Origin: Escherichia phage vB_EcoM-101112UKE3-1
Length of the DNA stretch: 64,000 nt
Direction: 5' to 3' (one strand)
Sequence record: MZ234013.1
Positions 38,389-50,378 of the stretch are shown one piece after another (the first letter of the stretch is position 1; each line of letters begins with the position of its first letter). The notes below the pieces were generated by a model. That model worked only from the letters and a program-made list of their open reading frames with translations. It ran no database searches and was not told where the DNA came from. Made by a program: the position numbers and the translations under genes.

Positions 38389-40193
38389 TATGCAATCCTT
38401 ATCCAACGGTATACAGTAATAGACGGTTGAATATTACTAATATTAGCAGGAGGAGTATGTGAAGAGTTTGTTGTTGCGTAGTCTTCACGATATTTTGTAT
38501 ATATAGGACCAGTTTCGTCTGGGTCATATTGACATCCTCCAATAATAACTGATCCATTTTCGTCTTCAATTAAAACTCTTTCATCAGTTTTAGTCGCAGG
38601 AAGATTTGCGTTTTCAAGCGTTACTGATGTTGTACCAACTGTTCCACCGGCGGTATGTGAAGGATTTCCGCTAGAATCTAAATCATTATTGTTTAATGCA
38701 AAGTTTGGATCTGTAACATCATCATTCCATCCTACTAAAACCTGCCCTTTACCAAATAATTTCCATGAACCAAATCCCATATAAGTCACTGGATTATTTG
38801 GATTTATAGCATTTTCATAAATTGAACCAACAGGATAAATGCTGTCGAAAATAGATGATATTGAATTATACGTTCTAGTATAAGAATCAACTTTTTCAAC
38901 ATTTGGCCAACCGATTTTATCAAAATCTGTTAAGGCTACATCACCAGTAACTTCAGTAGATGATCCTTTACTAACATAACGGTCATCAGTTAATTCAATA
39001 ATGTCATCTTTTTCTAAAAGAGTTCCTAAATCATTATTGAACCATGTTATAACGATTATATCGCCGGATTCAAATTTTCTATCAAATAAAAGACTGACAG
39101 GTTTTCCATCTTCATATTCTATAGAATAATCTGTATTCGATTCTTTCCATTCACCACCAAGAGATATACATCCTGCTTGCGTATCTGAGTTAGCACCTTC
39201 ACACAAAAACAGAGGATATCCTGCTGTTCCAGCTTGTTGTTGTAAAATTCCATTAAAACGAACTTCAAGAGAATTAGGATTAATAGGTTCTCCAGGAATT
39301 AATCCAAATGCAGAGAATGGAATTGATTTCATTGTTGATAAATCAGTAACGTAAATACTTCCTTCTAAAGAAGTTTTTGACGTTAATTTTGAATCTAATA
39401 CTTTTATTTGGCGTCTTGTATATGAACTTCTCCATTGTGATATACCATCCATAAATGTTTCAATTTGAACAGTGTCACCAATATTACAAGGCTGTCTTAA
39501 CCTAATATTAAATCCATCAAGAGGAATCAATTCTCCTTCATTTTCCCCAGGAGAGCCAAAGTCACTGTTTTCACTAAATACATCGCCATAATATAATTCA
39601 TTACCGCGGTGTTTTACTCGGATGTTATTAACATTATAGCTAGTTCCGCGGAAAACATCTAAAAAGTCTGTTTGTCCTTGAACTTCGACTAAAAATTCTT
39701 TACGTGCTACATTACTAATATCTGAACTAATAATTTTGTCAATTTGTTTGTTTTTGACATATTCCCAACGTCCTGGAGCACAATAAACGAGCTCTAAATC
39801 ACTAAATTGAGTATTAATTTCAACCGATGATGACGACCCTTTAATTGTATCCCCAGAAGCAGCTACTAAAGTAACTGGATTAATGTTCCATGTTGCAAAT
39901 ACATCCCTAGCTCTAATTACTTTATTATAATCATTAACAGTTCCTTTAGGAAGTTGTAAAGTTACTCTTCCAGAAGAGGTATTAATAGCGTATGATTTTC
40001 CCCACTTAGCTTTTAATGTTTGACCGGATGAAGCATTATAAGTTTTCCAGGCACCGGCTGAATATGGAACATCTCCATCGCCAAGTTCATAATAAAGTTC
40101 ATCAAAGTTTTCATTTATTTTTATACCACCTTTACGCAGGTAGTCACCGGTACCATCATCAACAACATTACCGATATTAATATTTTGTTTCAT
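38388..40193 (-). CDS. 10: baseplate wedge protein gp10
   Basis: 601 aa (T4 602); synteny. Confidence 0.85.
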   Translation of the reverse strand: MKQNINIGNVVDDGTGDYLRKGGIKINENFDELYYELGDGDVPYSAGAWKTYNASSGQTLKAKWGKSYAINTSSGRVTLQLPKGTVNDYNKVIRARDVFATWNINPVTLVAASGDTIKGSSSSVEINTQFSDLELVYCAPGRWEYVKNKQIDKIISSDISNVARKEFLVEVQGQTDFLDVFRGTSYNVNNIRVKHRGNELYYGDVFSENSDFGSPGENEGELIPLDGFNIRLRQPCNIGDTVQIETFMDGISQWRSSYTRRQIKVLDSKLTSKTSLEGSIYVTDLSTMKSIPFSAFGLIPGEPINPNSLEVRFNGILQQQAGTAGYPLFLCEGANSDTQAGCISLGGEWKESNTDYSIEYEDGKPVSLLFDRKFESGDIIVITWFNNDLGTLLEKDDIIELTDDRYVSKGSSTEVTGDVALTDFDKIGWPNVEKVDSYTRTYNSISSIFDSIYPVGSIYENAINPNNPVTYMGFGSWKLFGKGQVLVGWNDDVTDPNFALNNNDLDSSGNPSHTAGGTVGTTSVTLENANLPATKTDERVLIEDENGSVIIGGCQYDPDETGPIYTKYREDYATTNSSHTPPANISNIQPSITVYRWIRIA

Positions 40194-41059
40194 TATTGAG
40201 CCACCCCGATTTTCTGCGTAGCGATAACTTTAACTGCTGCTCTCATACCGACAGTTGAAGAACTTATAGTTGCCGTTACATAATTTTCTTTAATACTAAA
40301 TGCAATATTAGCGATTTCGTCTTCTTCTGTTTCATTTCCAACCCGCATGACAGCATATTCAGAAGAAATGACCGCTGAATTAACAGTATCTACAAGAATA
40401 TTTATTTCTGCCGTTTTAATTTTTCTTCCATCTACTGATTGGCATGTAACTAACAATTTAGCCATGTTATATTCAGTACGATGAAACAATGGAATGTCAA
40501 CTGATCCGGATGTAGAAATATTCCATGTACCTTCAGCTGGTGATTCCTTTTGTCCAAACATACTTTCAATAGAATAATTCCAAACCGATGTAGAATTATC
40601 AGATGAAATACAGCGTAAAGTTACTTTACTATATGGGCTAGTTACTACTAAATTACCTGAAACACCTTTAATTGAATCAATAGCTTGAATTGTTAAAGGA
40701 TTAGTAACTGATATTGATCCATTAGAGTTAATGAATTCAACACAATCGCCGAGTTCGCCTCTTTCAATAATAACTTTAACACCTACAGTAGAGGTATCAA
40801 TATCATGTCTAGTGCCAACTTTCACTGGAGTTGCGTACTCTGTAATAGAGTGTTTTTGATAATACCCAGTAGCATGGATAATTTGACCATCTGCTCCAGT
40901 GCCATTTGCTACTGCCATTTTACGCTGATCGCCAAACGCATTATAAATTGCGTTAAAATCACTATTAATTTTATTACCACCGTCGAATAAGATATCACCA
41001 GTAGAAGCGTTACCAATTTCGCCGGTATCAATCAATTTCTTTGGTTCTTGAATGAACAT
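40193..41059 (-). CDS. 9: baseplate wedge protein gp9 (long tail fibre socket)
   Basis: 288 aa as T4 gp9; synteny. Confidence 0.85.
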   Translation of the reverse strand: MFIQEPKKLIDTGEIGNASTGDILFDGGNKINSDFNAIYNAFGDQRKMAVANGTGADGQIIHATGYYQKHSITEYATPVKVGTRHDIDTSTVGVKVIIERGELGDCVEFINSNGSISVTNPLTIQAIDSIKGVSGNLVVTSPYSKVTLRCISSDNSTSVWNYSIESMFGQKESPAEGTWNISTSGSVDIPLFHRTEYNMAKLLVTCQSVDGRKIKTAEINILVDTVNSAVISSEYAVMRVGNETEEDEIANIAFSIKENYVTATISSSTVGMRAAVKVIATQKIGVAQ

Positions 41060-41083
41060 AGCGGTTTCCTTATGAGTTTATAA

Positions 41084-41091
41084 TATTTATA
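41084..41091 (-). promoter_or_regulatory. late promoter TATAAATA for gene 9
   Basis: Reverse complement of tatttata about 25 bp upstream of gene 9 start. Confidence 0.5.
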
Positions 41092-41123
41092 AAGAAAAAA
41101 GGGAGCCCATGGGCTCCCTTAAT

Positions 41124-42128
41124 TTAAAATGTAAACAGAATATTGATTTCTTCTGTTTGATCCATTGCCATAATAATAGGTGGCCTATTTTCCATATAAA
41201 TCATTTCGCCCGAATGCCTCATTAAATCTTCTGGGTCATAATAATCCTTTTCAGCTTTAACGTTTGGGTCATTTGGATGAGCTTTAGCTTCAAGAGGATT
41301 CGTGATTATTGATATTTGTCTAAATCCTTTATTTCCTGGCAATGCAGCATCAGGAAAATAAACTGAATCTAAATATGCTTTAAAACGGATAGTATTTGCC
41401 TTAACCCGGTAAATTAATCCAAAATCATCTTGCTGCCAAGTGAGATTATCTTCATATCCCCATCTAGTCGGGTCTTCTTTTAATTCCTCAGGCCAAGGAA
41501 CTACGATATATTCATTCGTGCATCTATTTATAGATACATCGGGTGGAATCTCAAAAAGATATTCCCATACATACCCGTCCCCAGGTTCAATTGTTCCTTC
41601 AGCATCTCCTCGACCTTCAGGAGGAGTCATTGACCTAACAGAAGGTGTCCATTTTCCGCCTAATTTAAGGCATTCATCCTTATCAGTTAAAGATGCGATT
41701 GAACACATTCCAGTATCAGGAACATCTAAACAACGATATACTAACCAGCCTGCGCCTGATTCAGTAGCGTTGTAAGGAGCTGAGTTACACACTACAATAT
41801 CGTTAATTCTAAATGTGTATGGATCCGGATATCTAGTATCTCCCCAATCTCTGCGAGGAATAACAGCATCAAGCATTGATGGAAGAACTTTTACTGTTCC
41901 CATCATATGCGTCCACATGTCAGTTACGCCTAATACAGAATCGGTTGGATAAGGTGGGGCAAAGCCCACCTCATTTTCATTTGATGACCACGGTTCTGAT
42001 CTTCCAAATGTGATAAAGATAGTGTTTTTATCCGGACCACTTCCAATTGAATTATAAAAATTCAGCATTTTTTCTGTTCTAAATTTTGAAGTAACTATCG
42101 CACGATAGATAACACTTGAATCATTCAT
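41124..42128 (-). CDS. 8: baseplate wedge protein gp8
   Basis: 334 aa as T4 gp8; synteny. Confidence 0.85.
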   Translation of the reverse strand: MNDSSVIYRAIVTSKFRTEKMLNFYNSIGSGPDKNTIFITFGRSEPWSSNENEVGFAPPYPTDSVLGVTDMWTHMMGTVKVLPSMLDAVIPRRDWGDTRYPDPYTFRINDIVVCNSAPYNATESGAGWLVYRCLDVPDTGMCSIASLTDKDECLKLGGKWTPSVRSMTPPEGRGDAEGTIEPGDGYVWEYLFEIPPDVSINRCTNEYIVVPWPEELKEDPTRWGYEDNLTWQQDDFGLIYRVKANTIRFKAYLDSVYFPDAALPGNKGFRQISIITNPLEAKAHPNDPNVKAEKDYYDPEDLMRHSGEMIYMENRPPIIMAMDQTEEINILFTF

Positions 42129-45100
42129 CTATTTTAACCTGTGTTGGATTTTCAGGGTCTCTTGGATTTCCTATATTATCTTTTAGACGTTTATTAACTA
42201 AATCCCTAAATTGCGCAAATGTTGTTCCAGAAGCATCAAATAGGGGACTCATTAATTTACGTCGTTCAGACGGCAATTGACCTTGAAATATTGAATTATT
42301 ATTTTCAGCATTATAGTCATCAGGAAGAGGATATTCTACACCAGCCATTGGGCCAGGCTCATAAATTGCTTCGCCTGTTACTGAATCATACTCAATTTCA
42401 CCGGTTGGAGTTAATTTAGCTACTCTATCAGCATATTCAGTAGGCAATCCAGAATCCCATTTATAGTTTTTGTATTTATTAATTATGGTCTCTGTATGTT
42501 TAAGAGTTAAACCAACATTAATAAACATCGTTAAAAGGGTAATTGCTATAAATCCAAATCCTACTGGATGAACAAAACGAATAACGTCAGATTTCCAGCG
42601 GGAAGAAGGTAAATTGGATTTAATTTTCATTACATAGTATGATCTACTTCTATTAATATAGTCTATATTGTTTTGAAGCAAATCCTTTCCTTTAACTCCA
42701 CGAATAATTTCGCCTTCAAAACTAGGGAGTCTTTCTGCTTTAACTTCTTGCCCTGCTATTAAACGCCCCAAAAGATTATGTATAGTCACGGTCCATTGCA
42801 ATTTACCATTAGAATAACTTCTTTCTATATAAGTAACATTACATCTTCCTGTAGCTGTATAAATCGTTTGTCCTACTAAATCCTCAGTCAAAGAATCAGA
42901 TTGAACGATTATATCATATTCAGTACCAGCTCCAGATTCAATTTCAATTTCAACTTCTTCATTATAAAGAACTTTAAAAAGAAATTTGTATGATGCTTCA
43001 ATTCCTTTAGTAGAATAAAAATCATAACTACGTGATTCAAAAAATCTTGCAACAGCATCACGTTTGTCAGCATTTAAATAAATGTTTCTTTTATATATCT
43101 CTGACCACAAATATTCCCACGCATGCTCTTCTCGTGGATACTGATTACGAATTAAATTTCGTAAATTATTATACTGAGTTCCGTATCCGTCAGAAAGATA
43201 TTGAATATATGCTTCACAAAATGCCTCAAAATTCGAATCCTGCAACAAATAAGAATCAGGCATCATTGTGCCAATTAATGGTCTTAAATCAGGGTCAGCT
43301 AATCCATGCTCTTCTTCTGGCGACCAAGGAGTCTCATGCTCTTGGTTTTGTAAAAATGCTTTTAAAAATACTCCAGTCGGCTTCCAAATAATTTCTACTG
43401 TATCTCTCACACGATAGTTAAAATCATAATAAGAAATTATTTCACCAGAAGATTTATAAAAAAGCATCCCAGACGCATATTTTTTAAATCCCGTGAATTT
43501 AACATTTGGCATTACTATCGTACAATCACCATCATCCCAGTATTCATGAACTAATCTATCTGGTGATGTTTCCGGAATATTTTCTATAACTTTAGTGTAT
43601 TTTAAATCAGCATAAACTACTACAGCTCTATTAGAGTTGTTTATCCAACAGCGTGTGTTAGATTTTTTAGACCAATTAAAGAACGGTTCTGCGTAGTATT
43701 TCATTGGCTGAGGCGTAAAAGTTTCCCAATCAGACTTTTCATCTGCTATAAATGCCATCATATGATAATGCTTATCAGCTAACCATTCACGAGGAAATTC
43801 ATATTTAACGGCACCGATTAACTGATATTTTGCTACAGTTTCAGGGTCATTAACAACGTTATCATTTAAAAATTTAAAATTACTCGAAGATAGAGAAACT
43901 AATTTACCATCAGTTGACATATTCGCATACCCAGGTTGAATACGTCTTCTTTCTTCTTCAGTGTTGCCAAAAACTCTTTTCCACGTTTTTGTGTCATGAT
44001 TTAAAACATATATTCCTTTATCAGTAGAATCAATTATTTTTGACGTTCTAGGATTAGCATTTAATGTTTCAACTTCACCGATAATAAGAGCAAAAACTTT
44101 ATCACCAATAGAATCCATTTTATAGCATACTGCTTTAGGATTTCCAGTTATAGTCATTGTATCAGATTCAAATAGCCTTTCCGAATATGTTGGAGATAAT
44201 GGATCAGAATCTATAGGTGCATTGCTCGTTTTTATATATCTAACTTTATCTCTGGCAACAACATAGATATAATCATCCGTACAAGTAATGGCTTCAGCTA
44301 TACGATATACATTCGCTGGTAAAGTCGCATAAGTACCAAAGATTTCTACATCAAATCCTAAATGTAACTGGTCGCCAAGTTTAGCAAATGTTATATCCTG
44401 CGAACTGAATCTGACATCATCTGCTGACCATCTAACGTCAGTCGATTTACGGCCATAGAAAATCTTGTCGTATCCTAGAACGTATGTTGTGTTCGCAGAT
44501 TGGTAATATACTGTCTTAGATAAAGGATATCCTACACGGTCATTGAAGAGCTTTACGGCTTTCCAGGTTTGTCCTTTATCATTGGATACTTTAACTACAG
44601 GTTGATAGCGCTCAAAAAGATATAGAATTCCTTCTGATTCCATCAAATAAACTCGGTTAATATCCTTACATACTTGCTGAATAGAACCTTGTATTTCATG
44701 ATACTCATTTTCACCAATAATAAAATTACTTATTGATGAAACATCAACATACGATGGGCTGAATTGAAATGATTCATTCATCAATGCAGCCATTATAGTG
44801 TCATTGTTAAAATTAACATAATCAGAATTATTAAGAGTAAATTTTTCCTGAATGAATTTATTGGCTAATTGCATTTCAATCATGTTTTGAAATGTATAAG
44901 CATTTGTAGCAAAAGTTTCAAACTCTTCGGTATAAATCCAATCAGACTGCTCAAAATCTTGCGCAGCTGTAGCTACTCTGATAATGTATGATGTCAATGG
45001 GTCAGCATCATCAAAAAAGAAGCTGTTATTTGCAGTATATCCTAAGTTAATCCATCTGTATTGATTACTCGGGAGATTTTCCCCCGAGTTCGTTTTTGTC

Positions 45101-45219
45101 TCAGCGATTTCTACAAAATAGTAGAAATTAGCACCAACGTCATCCCAGCGTACTTGCACCTGATTTGCGGATAACTTGGAAATTCTGAGACTAGTGACTG
45201 AAGGTGCTTTTACTGTCAT
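42121..45219 (-). CDS. 7: baseplate wedge initiator gp7
   Basis: 1032 aa as T4 gp7; synteny. Confidence 0.85.
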   Translation of the reverse strand: MTVKAPSVTSLRISKLSANQVQVRWDDVGANFYYFVEIAETKTNSGENLPSNQYRWINLGYTANNSFFFDDADPLTSYIIRVATAAQDFEQSDWIYTEEFETFATNAYTFQNMIEMQLANKFIQEKFTLNNSDYVNFNNDTIMAALMNESFQFSPSYVDVSSISNFIIGENEYHEIQGSIQQVCKDINRVYLMESEGILYLFERYQPVVKVSNDKGQTWKAVKLFNDRVGYPLSKTVYYQSANTTYVLGYDKIFYGRKSTDVRWSADDVRFSSQDITFAKLGDQLHLGFDVEIFGTYATLPANVYRIAEAITCTDDYIYVVARDKVRYIKTSNAPIDSDPLSPTYSERLFESDTMTITGNPKAVCYKMDSIGDKVFALIIGEVETLNANPRTSKIIDSTDKGIYVLNHDTKTWKRVFGNTEEERRRIQPGYANMSTDGKLVSLSSSNFKFLNDNVVNDPETVAKYQLIGAVKYEFPREWLADKHYHMMAFIADEKSDWETFTPQPMKYYAEPFFNWSKKSNTRCWINNSNRAVVVYADLKYTKVIENIPETSPDRLVHEYWDDGDCTIVMPNVKFTGFKKYASGMLFYKSSGEIISYYDFNYRVRDTVEIIWKPTGVFLKAFLQNQEHETPWSPEEEHGLADPDLRPLIGTMMPDSYLLQDSNFEAFCEAYIQYLSDGYGTQYNNLRNLIRNQYPREEHAWEYLWSEIYKRNIYLNADKRDAVARFFESRSYDFYSTKGIEASYKFLFKVLYNEEVEIEIESGAGTEYDIIVQSDSLTEDLVGQTIYTATGRCNVTYIERSYSNGKLQWTVTIHNLLGRLIAGQEVKAERLPSFEGEIIRGVKGKDLLQNNIDYINRSRSYYVMKIKSNLPSSRWKSDVIRFVHPVGFGFIAITLLTMFINVGLTLKHTETIINKYKNYKWDSGLPTEYADRVAKLTPTGEIEYDSVTGEAIYEPGPMAGVEYPLPDDYNAENNNSIFQGQLPSERRKLMSPLFDASGTTFAQFRDLVNKRLKDNIGNPRDPENPTQVKIDE

Positions 45220-47198
45220 TGTGATATAGGCTCCAAATCGATAGTTAAGTATTGTGGACGTAAGTCATTTTCAAATACAATCAGTGAACCGTCGCGAGTA
45301 AAGATAACATCATCGGTTGGGTCAGAATATAATTCGATGGTCTGAACTTCAAATTTTTCAGATGTTAAATTAATTTTAGCGATATTCCAATAAATCACAT
45401 CAGCTGGATAATTTATTTCACCGATAACATAGTATTTGTCGCGTCCATCAGAATTTGCTAATTTGTTAAAATCGTTGCCTGTATATGGCTGAATGTTTTC
45501 ATTTTCTGTAACATCGCCAGAAGCAAATGGACCAATAATAACTTTACCAATTCCTTTAGAATCTCGGTCTGTTGATACTATGCGAACGTCATATAATACA
45601 TCTTCTTCTAAACCAGTATCAGGATTTACAACCTTTCGTCCAGAATTAAATGAAAACGTATTAGATTCCATAGAACGATCTTTTATTTGATTATTGTATT
45701 TAATACCTGCTTCAGGCGTTTTATAGAAGTTTTGTACTTCACGAACAATTTGAATTGTCGCTGATGAGCCAATGATAGAATGATCTGCATCATCTACATA
45801 TGTCAACATCTTAGATTTAGCGAAAGATGAATTAAAAATTTCTACGTCTTCGGTATAATAACGATCAATTTTATCAATTATTTGACCTTCGAGCCACTGT
45901 TCGGATTCTTGCAGCTTATTTAAAGCATATGTGACTTTTAAATTAGTCTTAATAAAAAGATAATTAGGAGAAATAATTGATGGCGTAATAGGAGCTAAAT
46001 TATAGTCTTTGAGATAATTTTTAATATCTTCACGCTGTACAGTAGTTAAATACAGACCTGATTTAGGTTTAGCAGCAATAAATGCATAACCAGGTTTAGT
46101 AGAATCAGTGAAAGTCTGAACTGCTTGAATAATAGAACCAAATCTCTCTGAAACGAATGTATCATAGTCAGTCGCAGTTACGCAGCGTTGCTGGGTTTCG
46201 CGTTTAATAGTACCCAATTCGCGGATACGCTCAATATCTTCTGGATCACCGCCGCCATCTGCCCCAACAAAATCTGGGTCATCGTTTGGATTTTCATTAA
46301 TATTGATGACAGTTATATTTGTTAATGTATCTGCGTATGAAAATCCGACTGCTCCGTTCGCGTCAGCACCATTAGTACTGATGTACTCAATAACAATCGT
46401 AGAGTTCTGAGTAGGTTTAAGACCTCCGATATAATTAGCGGTCAAAGCTCCTTCAGAAGCATTAACAGAAATTTCACCTTCACCAAAATAGAATTCAGTA
46501 TTTCCATCAATAGTTTCACGCATGTAGTAAATTGTCGATGTAGAACCAGCATGAACCATTGACTTTCTTGTCCAGTTAATCCATTCTGCTCCATCAACGT
46601 ATAATTTAACCTGGTTTCTATCAATATTTTTATCATAAATGATAATAGGTGTTAATTTATCATAAATGATTTCAGTTCTTACTATACGTCCCTGGGCCAA
46701 TTTTAAACGCGGAAAATATTGGTTATTTTTATCACGAATAGCAATAACGTCTTCGGTAGAAACGAAGTTATATGGATTAACAGAAGTATCTTTTGCATAT
46801 GCTAAAAAGCGAGTTCCGCGAGGAATAGTAATGTAATTCCTATTCAATGCGTCGGTGCATGTTAACATAATTTCGGTCTGCGCAGCGGATTTTGAAGTAG
46901 GTAAATATCCGTTATCTTGTGCAGCTTGAACAACTGAACTTCGTAAGTTAGCAGTACGCATAAAGCTTTCATACACAGCAGCATTACCAAACTGTTGAAT
47001 GTACAATGTATTATAAGCTAAAAGGTCACACAGAACGTTTAATCTTGAGCCTTCAAAATCATAATCCAAAAATTCATTTTGGCCATTAAGCCATTCAATG
47101 AGGTTTTGTTTTATTTCAGCAAACGTACCCCCGACGAATATCTCGGGAATAGCATTTGCTGTTCTTGTTAATTGATAATTTACAGGGGTATTTGCCAT
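45216..47198 (-). CDS. 6: baseplate wedge protein gp6
   Basis: 660 aa as T4 gp6; synteny. Confidence 0.85.
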   Translation of the reverse strand: MANTPVNYQLTRTANAIPEIFVGGTFAEIKQNLIEWLNGQNEFLDYDFEGSRLNVLCDLLAYNTLYIQQFGNAAVYESFMRTANLRSSVVQAAQDNGYLPTSKSAAQTEIMLTCTDALNRNYITIPRGTRFLAYAKDTSVNPYNFVSTEDVIAIRDKNNQYFPRLKLAQGRIVRTEIIYDKLTPIIIYDKNIDRNQVKLYVDGAEWINWTRKSMVHAGSTSTIYYMRETIDGNTEFYFGEGEISVNASEGALTANYIGGLKPTQNSTIVIEYISTNGADANGAVGFSYADTLTNITVININENPNDDPDFVGADGGGDPEDIERIRELGTIKRETQQRCVTATDYDTFVSERFGSIIQAVQTFTDSTKPGYAFIAAKPKSGLYLTTVQREDIKNYLKDYNLAPITPSIISPNYLFIKTNLKVTYALNKLQESEQWLEGQIIDKIDRYYTEDVEIFNSSFAKSKMLTYVDDADHSIIGSSATIQIVREVQNFYKTPEAGIKYNNQIKDRSMESNTFSFNSGRKVVNPDTGLEEDVLYDVRIVSTDRDSKGIGKVIIGPFASGDVTENENIQPYTGNDFNKLANSDGRDKYYVIGEINYPADVIYWNIAKINLTSEKFEVQTIELYSDPTDDVIFTRDGSLIVFENDLRPQYLTIDLEPISQ

Positions 47199-47206
47199 TT
47201 TAAATC

Positions 47207-47500
47207 CTATTTAATGAATACTTTAGATGATGCCTGAGCCACAGTATCACCGCATGATATTGGATCAGCCATTTGAACAGCTTTCTTTCCAGTGACATAT
47301 ACCTTAGAAGTTCTGGGTTGTGTCACTCCGCCATGTGTTTCATATGGCTTTTTAATTTCTGTATGTTCTGTAATTGGATCACCTGCTACGAGAACAGCAA
47401 TTCCTCCAGTGAATACTTTACTTTGTGTAGCATTCACAACTGTTGGAGGCCATGCTTCATGACCAGCAGTAACACATTTATCATAACTTAATCCTGACAT
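47207..47500 (-). CDS. 5.4: PAAR-repeat spike tip protein gp5.4
   Basis: 97 aa as T4 gp5.4; position immediately downstream of 5 and 5.1. Confidence 0.75.
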
Positions 47501-48058
47501 CTATGACCTCTCATACACATAGCTTCTTAATTTATTAGCCCAACGACTCCAATTTCCAACTATAGTTTTAGTATAATTTTTAACGAGAGTTTTTCTTACT
47601 GGAGCAGGAGGATCTGTCGGTTCAGTAGTATCAGAAGATGACCTAGAATTACTGCCAGAACCTCCAGATTCACTTTGTTCTTGGTAGTCATATATTAATG
47701 TTACTTCGTAAGTGAATGTCTTCTGGAGGTTTTGAGGAGCTTTCCATAAATACAACTGAGTATCAGAATCAGTAGGAAGTTCTTCCCATGAAGCAGCAGT
47801 TTTAAATTCATCGCCTAAACGATATTTCAACGCGTCATTTCCAAATCCAAACACAGATTCATATGTTCCGTATAAGCGATTTTCTTCTACTAAAACCCCA
47901 GGAGTTTCTTCGTAACTAGTTATATTTATAGATACTAACGTTTCACCTGTTTCTAATTGAGCGGTAAAGGTGACGTCGATAGAAGAACCTTCCATGGATT
48001 CTCCTAAATCAGCGCTCATTGGAAGTATATTAGCCAATGTCAATCCTCGATCCATCAA
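47501..48058 (-). CDS. 5.1: hypothetical protein gp5.1-like
   Basis: 185 aa between gene 5 and 5.4; acidic Ser/Thr/Glu-rich. Confidence 0.55.
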
Positions 48059-49757
48059 TTGTGTATTGACCAGATGAAATAGAACTCATAGATGCCATTT
48101 TTTCTGTCCAATCACCACCAACGTCCCAATCAACTGTCCCAGCAACTTTCCAAGAAAGATTTCCATTTACTGTGTTAGTTTGATTTCCTTCAACTAAAGT
48201 GGTAGCATCTCCTTTAACTGTGATGTCAGCATTACCTTCAACTACAATAGTAACATTACCTTTAACTAGGATAGTTCCATTGCCTTCAACAGTTTTCGTT
48301 TCGTCGCCACGTACAAATATTGTATTGCTTCCATCTATCTGGTGAAGACGATTATCCATGTTGTAATAAATTTCTGATCCACCGACGTTAGTCTTTTTAT
48401 CACCGGCTACCAAAAAATTACCATCAGCGTTGGTTATATCATACAAATTATCAACAGTTTTTCTTGTTCTTCTTCCTGACGGTGATACTTCTTCATAAGT
48501 TCCAGTTGGATGAACTAATCTGTATCGTTCTTGCCCAGGGGTATCATCAAATTCCTGAATATGTCCACTTTCAGTTTCCATTGTATGCACATAAGGATAT
48601 TCACCTTTATATGAAGAAACTGGTTCTTTGAATAAAATTCTCGAGTCATTTGGAATAGGAGGGTCAGCAGGGTCAGAAGATTTAGCTACAGTAGCAGCCA
48701 TTGCTGATAGAGACCTAGCTGGGGTTTTCACTTCAACGCCATATGATTCTAAATTTCCCGTAAGAATAATCATGGTAACACGGGATGCACGGCCTTTTGT
48801 TTGTTGATACCACAATGAATCACGACCGGCTTTATATGCTTTTTCCCAATCTCCTGCTAACATAGCAGTTAACATTGTGTTAAATTTAGCTACACCGCCA
48901 ACACCCATCTGAAACGCCATATTTTCTAATGCCATTTGACGAGAACGGTTGACAGCTTGCCAGACTGGTCCTACTTTAGAATGTGATTTAATATCCCTTT
49001 GCATATCAGCCAAATCACGTTCAAATAAAGTCGTCGCCTCTTCCATCGTAATAGAACCTGGGTTTCCAGTAATTTCACGACCAACTTGTTTTGATAAAAC
49101 TTTATTAATTTGAGCCATATCACGAACTGGCTGCTTCATGATAAGATGACCAATACCAATTGTCGGATATCCTTCTGTATCCCAATAGACTTTTAGTCTT
49201 AATCCTTCATCACGGCGAAGCATTTCAGCCATTGACATATTTGGATTATCATCGGTTGGAATCTCTGATAGTGGTCTATCATCGGGATTTATTGCAGTGT
49301 CTAAGTTACTATCTTGGATAATGTTAGAAGACGAATCATATCCTACTTCTCCGCCTTGGTTTAATACATTAGTATCATTTCCTAAACGTCTAGGATATTG
49401 CCCAGTTGGGTCAGAAAATCCTTCAAGTCTATTCGGTTTTTCGCGAACTATTCCACCATACGTGCCAAGGACAATTCCGTTAGTTTTCCATTTGTCTAAA
49501 AAATGACCATAAACTCTAGTTCCTTCTACCGGTCCAGTAACAGAACCTCCAATTCCAGACATTGCTGCAGAAGTTATAGGTTGAATAACTGACATCCATG
49601 GTAATTTTTCAGTTGGAATACCCATTACATCGCCTTGTGCTCTTTGAGGTGGATGCAGACCAACCACACGAACACGAACACGACCTAATTTTAATGGGTC
49701 CATTCTATCTTCAACAACACCAACAAACCAATTAAGGTTATTACTTATCATTTCCAT
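48030..49757 (-). CDS. 5: baseplate central spike / tail lysozyme gp5
   Basis: 575 aa as T4 gp5; C-terminal repetitive VxGx beta-helix-like repeats (VEGNGTILVKGNVTIVVEGNADITVKGD...); synteny. Confidence 0.9.
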   Translation of the reverse strand: MEMISNNLNWFVGVVEDRMDPLKLGRVRVRVVGLHPPQRAQGDVMGIPTEKLPWMSVIQPITSAAMSGIGGSVTGPVEGTRVYGHFLDKWKTNGIVLGTYGGIVREKPNRLEGFSDPTGQYPRRLGNDTNVLNQGGEVGYDSSSNIIQDSNLDTAINPDDRPLSEIPTDDNPNMSMAEMLRRDEGLRLKVYWDTEGYPTIGIGHLIMKQPVRDMAQINKVLSKQVGREITGNPGSITMEEATTLFERDLADMQRDIKSHSKVGPVWQAVNRSRQMALENMAFQMGVGGVAKFNTMLTAMLAGDWEKAYKAGRDSLWYQQTKGRASRVTMIILTGNLESYGVEVKTPARSLSAMAATVAKSSDPADPPIPNDSRILFKEPVSSYKGEYPYVHTMETESGHIQEFDDTPGQERYRLVHPTGTYEEVSPSGRRTRKTVDNLYDITNADGNFLVAGDKKTNVGGSEIYYNMDNRLHQIDGSNTIFVRGDETKTVEGNGTILVKGNVTIVVEGNADITVKGDATTLVEGNQTNTVNGNLSWKVAGTVDWDVGGDWTEKMASMSSISSGQYTIDGSRIDIG

Positions 49758-50331
49758 AAGATTTCTCCATTATACGTATAAGGTCGTTCATAAATGAATT
49801 AATGTCTGATTTTGCTATTATTTTTATTTGACGAAGTTTTTCATTTTCAAGAACAGCATCTTCATACGTATTAACAGCAGCAAGTGCTCCTTCATATTGA
49901 GGATATTTTCTAGCTTTATCACCTTTATCATACCAAACATATGGATTATCATCGTATGATATTAAATTATAAAATTTTTCACCGTTCTCATTCACATGAT
50001 ATACTATTTGGTCTCCACCTACATTTTTGTATTTTTGTATAGATGCTTGATAAGCTGCTTCTTGTGAAGTAATCCATCCATAATACGGGTCATAATTATC
50101 ATTACACATCAATAAAACCCAATACAACTGTGGATTTCCATATATAGTATTTGCTAATTCTTCCGGGCGTGGTGAACCTTTGATATAATAAGTACGTAAG
50201 CGGTATCCCGCAAGAGCGCGTTTAAAATAGTCTTTATAGTTTCTAAAAATATCTGTCATAGGAATAGTCGGCGCGTTTTTATTCACCGTTTTGGCCGCAT
50301 ATTCAATCGGATCAAAAAATGTAAAGAGCAT
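49741..50331 (-). CDS. 53: baseplate wedge protein gp53
   Basis: 196 aa as T4 gp53; synteny. Confidence 0.8.
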   Translation of the reverse strand: MLFTFFDPIEYAAKTVNKNAPTIPMTDIFRNYKDYFKRALAGYRLRTYYIKGSPRPEELANTIYGNPQLYWVLLMCNDNYDPYYGWITSQEAAYQASIQKYKNVGGDQIVYHVNENGEKFYNLISYDDNPYVWYDKGDKARKYPQYEGALAAVNTYEDAVLENEKLRQIKIIAKSDINSFMNDLIRIMEKSYGNDK

Positions 50332-50344
50332 GGGCCCTCCTGTT

Positions 50345-50352
50345 TATAAATA
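50345..50352 (+). promoter_or_regulatory. late promoter TATAAATA for gene 4
   Basis: tataaata about 27 bp upstream of gene 4 start. Confidence 0.55.
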
Positions 50353-50359
50353 TATTATC

Positions 50360-50367
50360 TATTTATA
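50360..50367 (-). promoter_or_regulatory. late promoter TATAAATA for gene 53
   Basis: Reverse complement of tatttata about 29 bp upstream of gene 53 start; divergent from the gene 4 promoter. Confidence 0.55.
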
Positions 50368-50378
50368 AGGAGAATCCA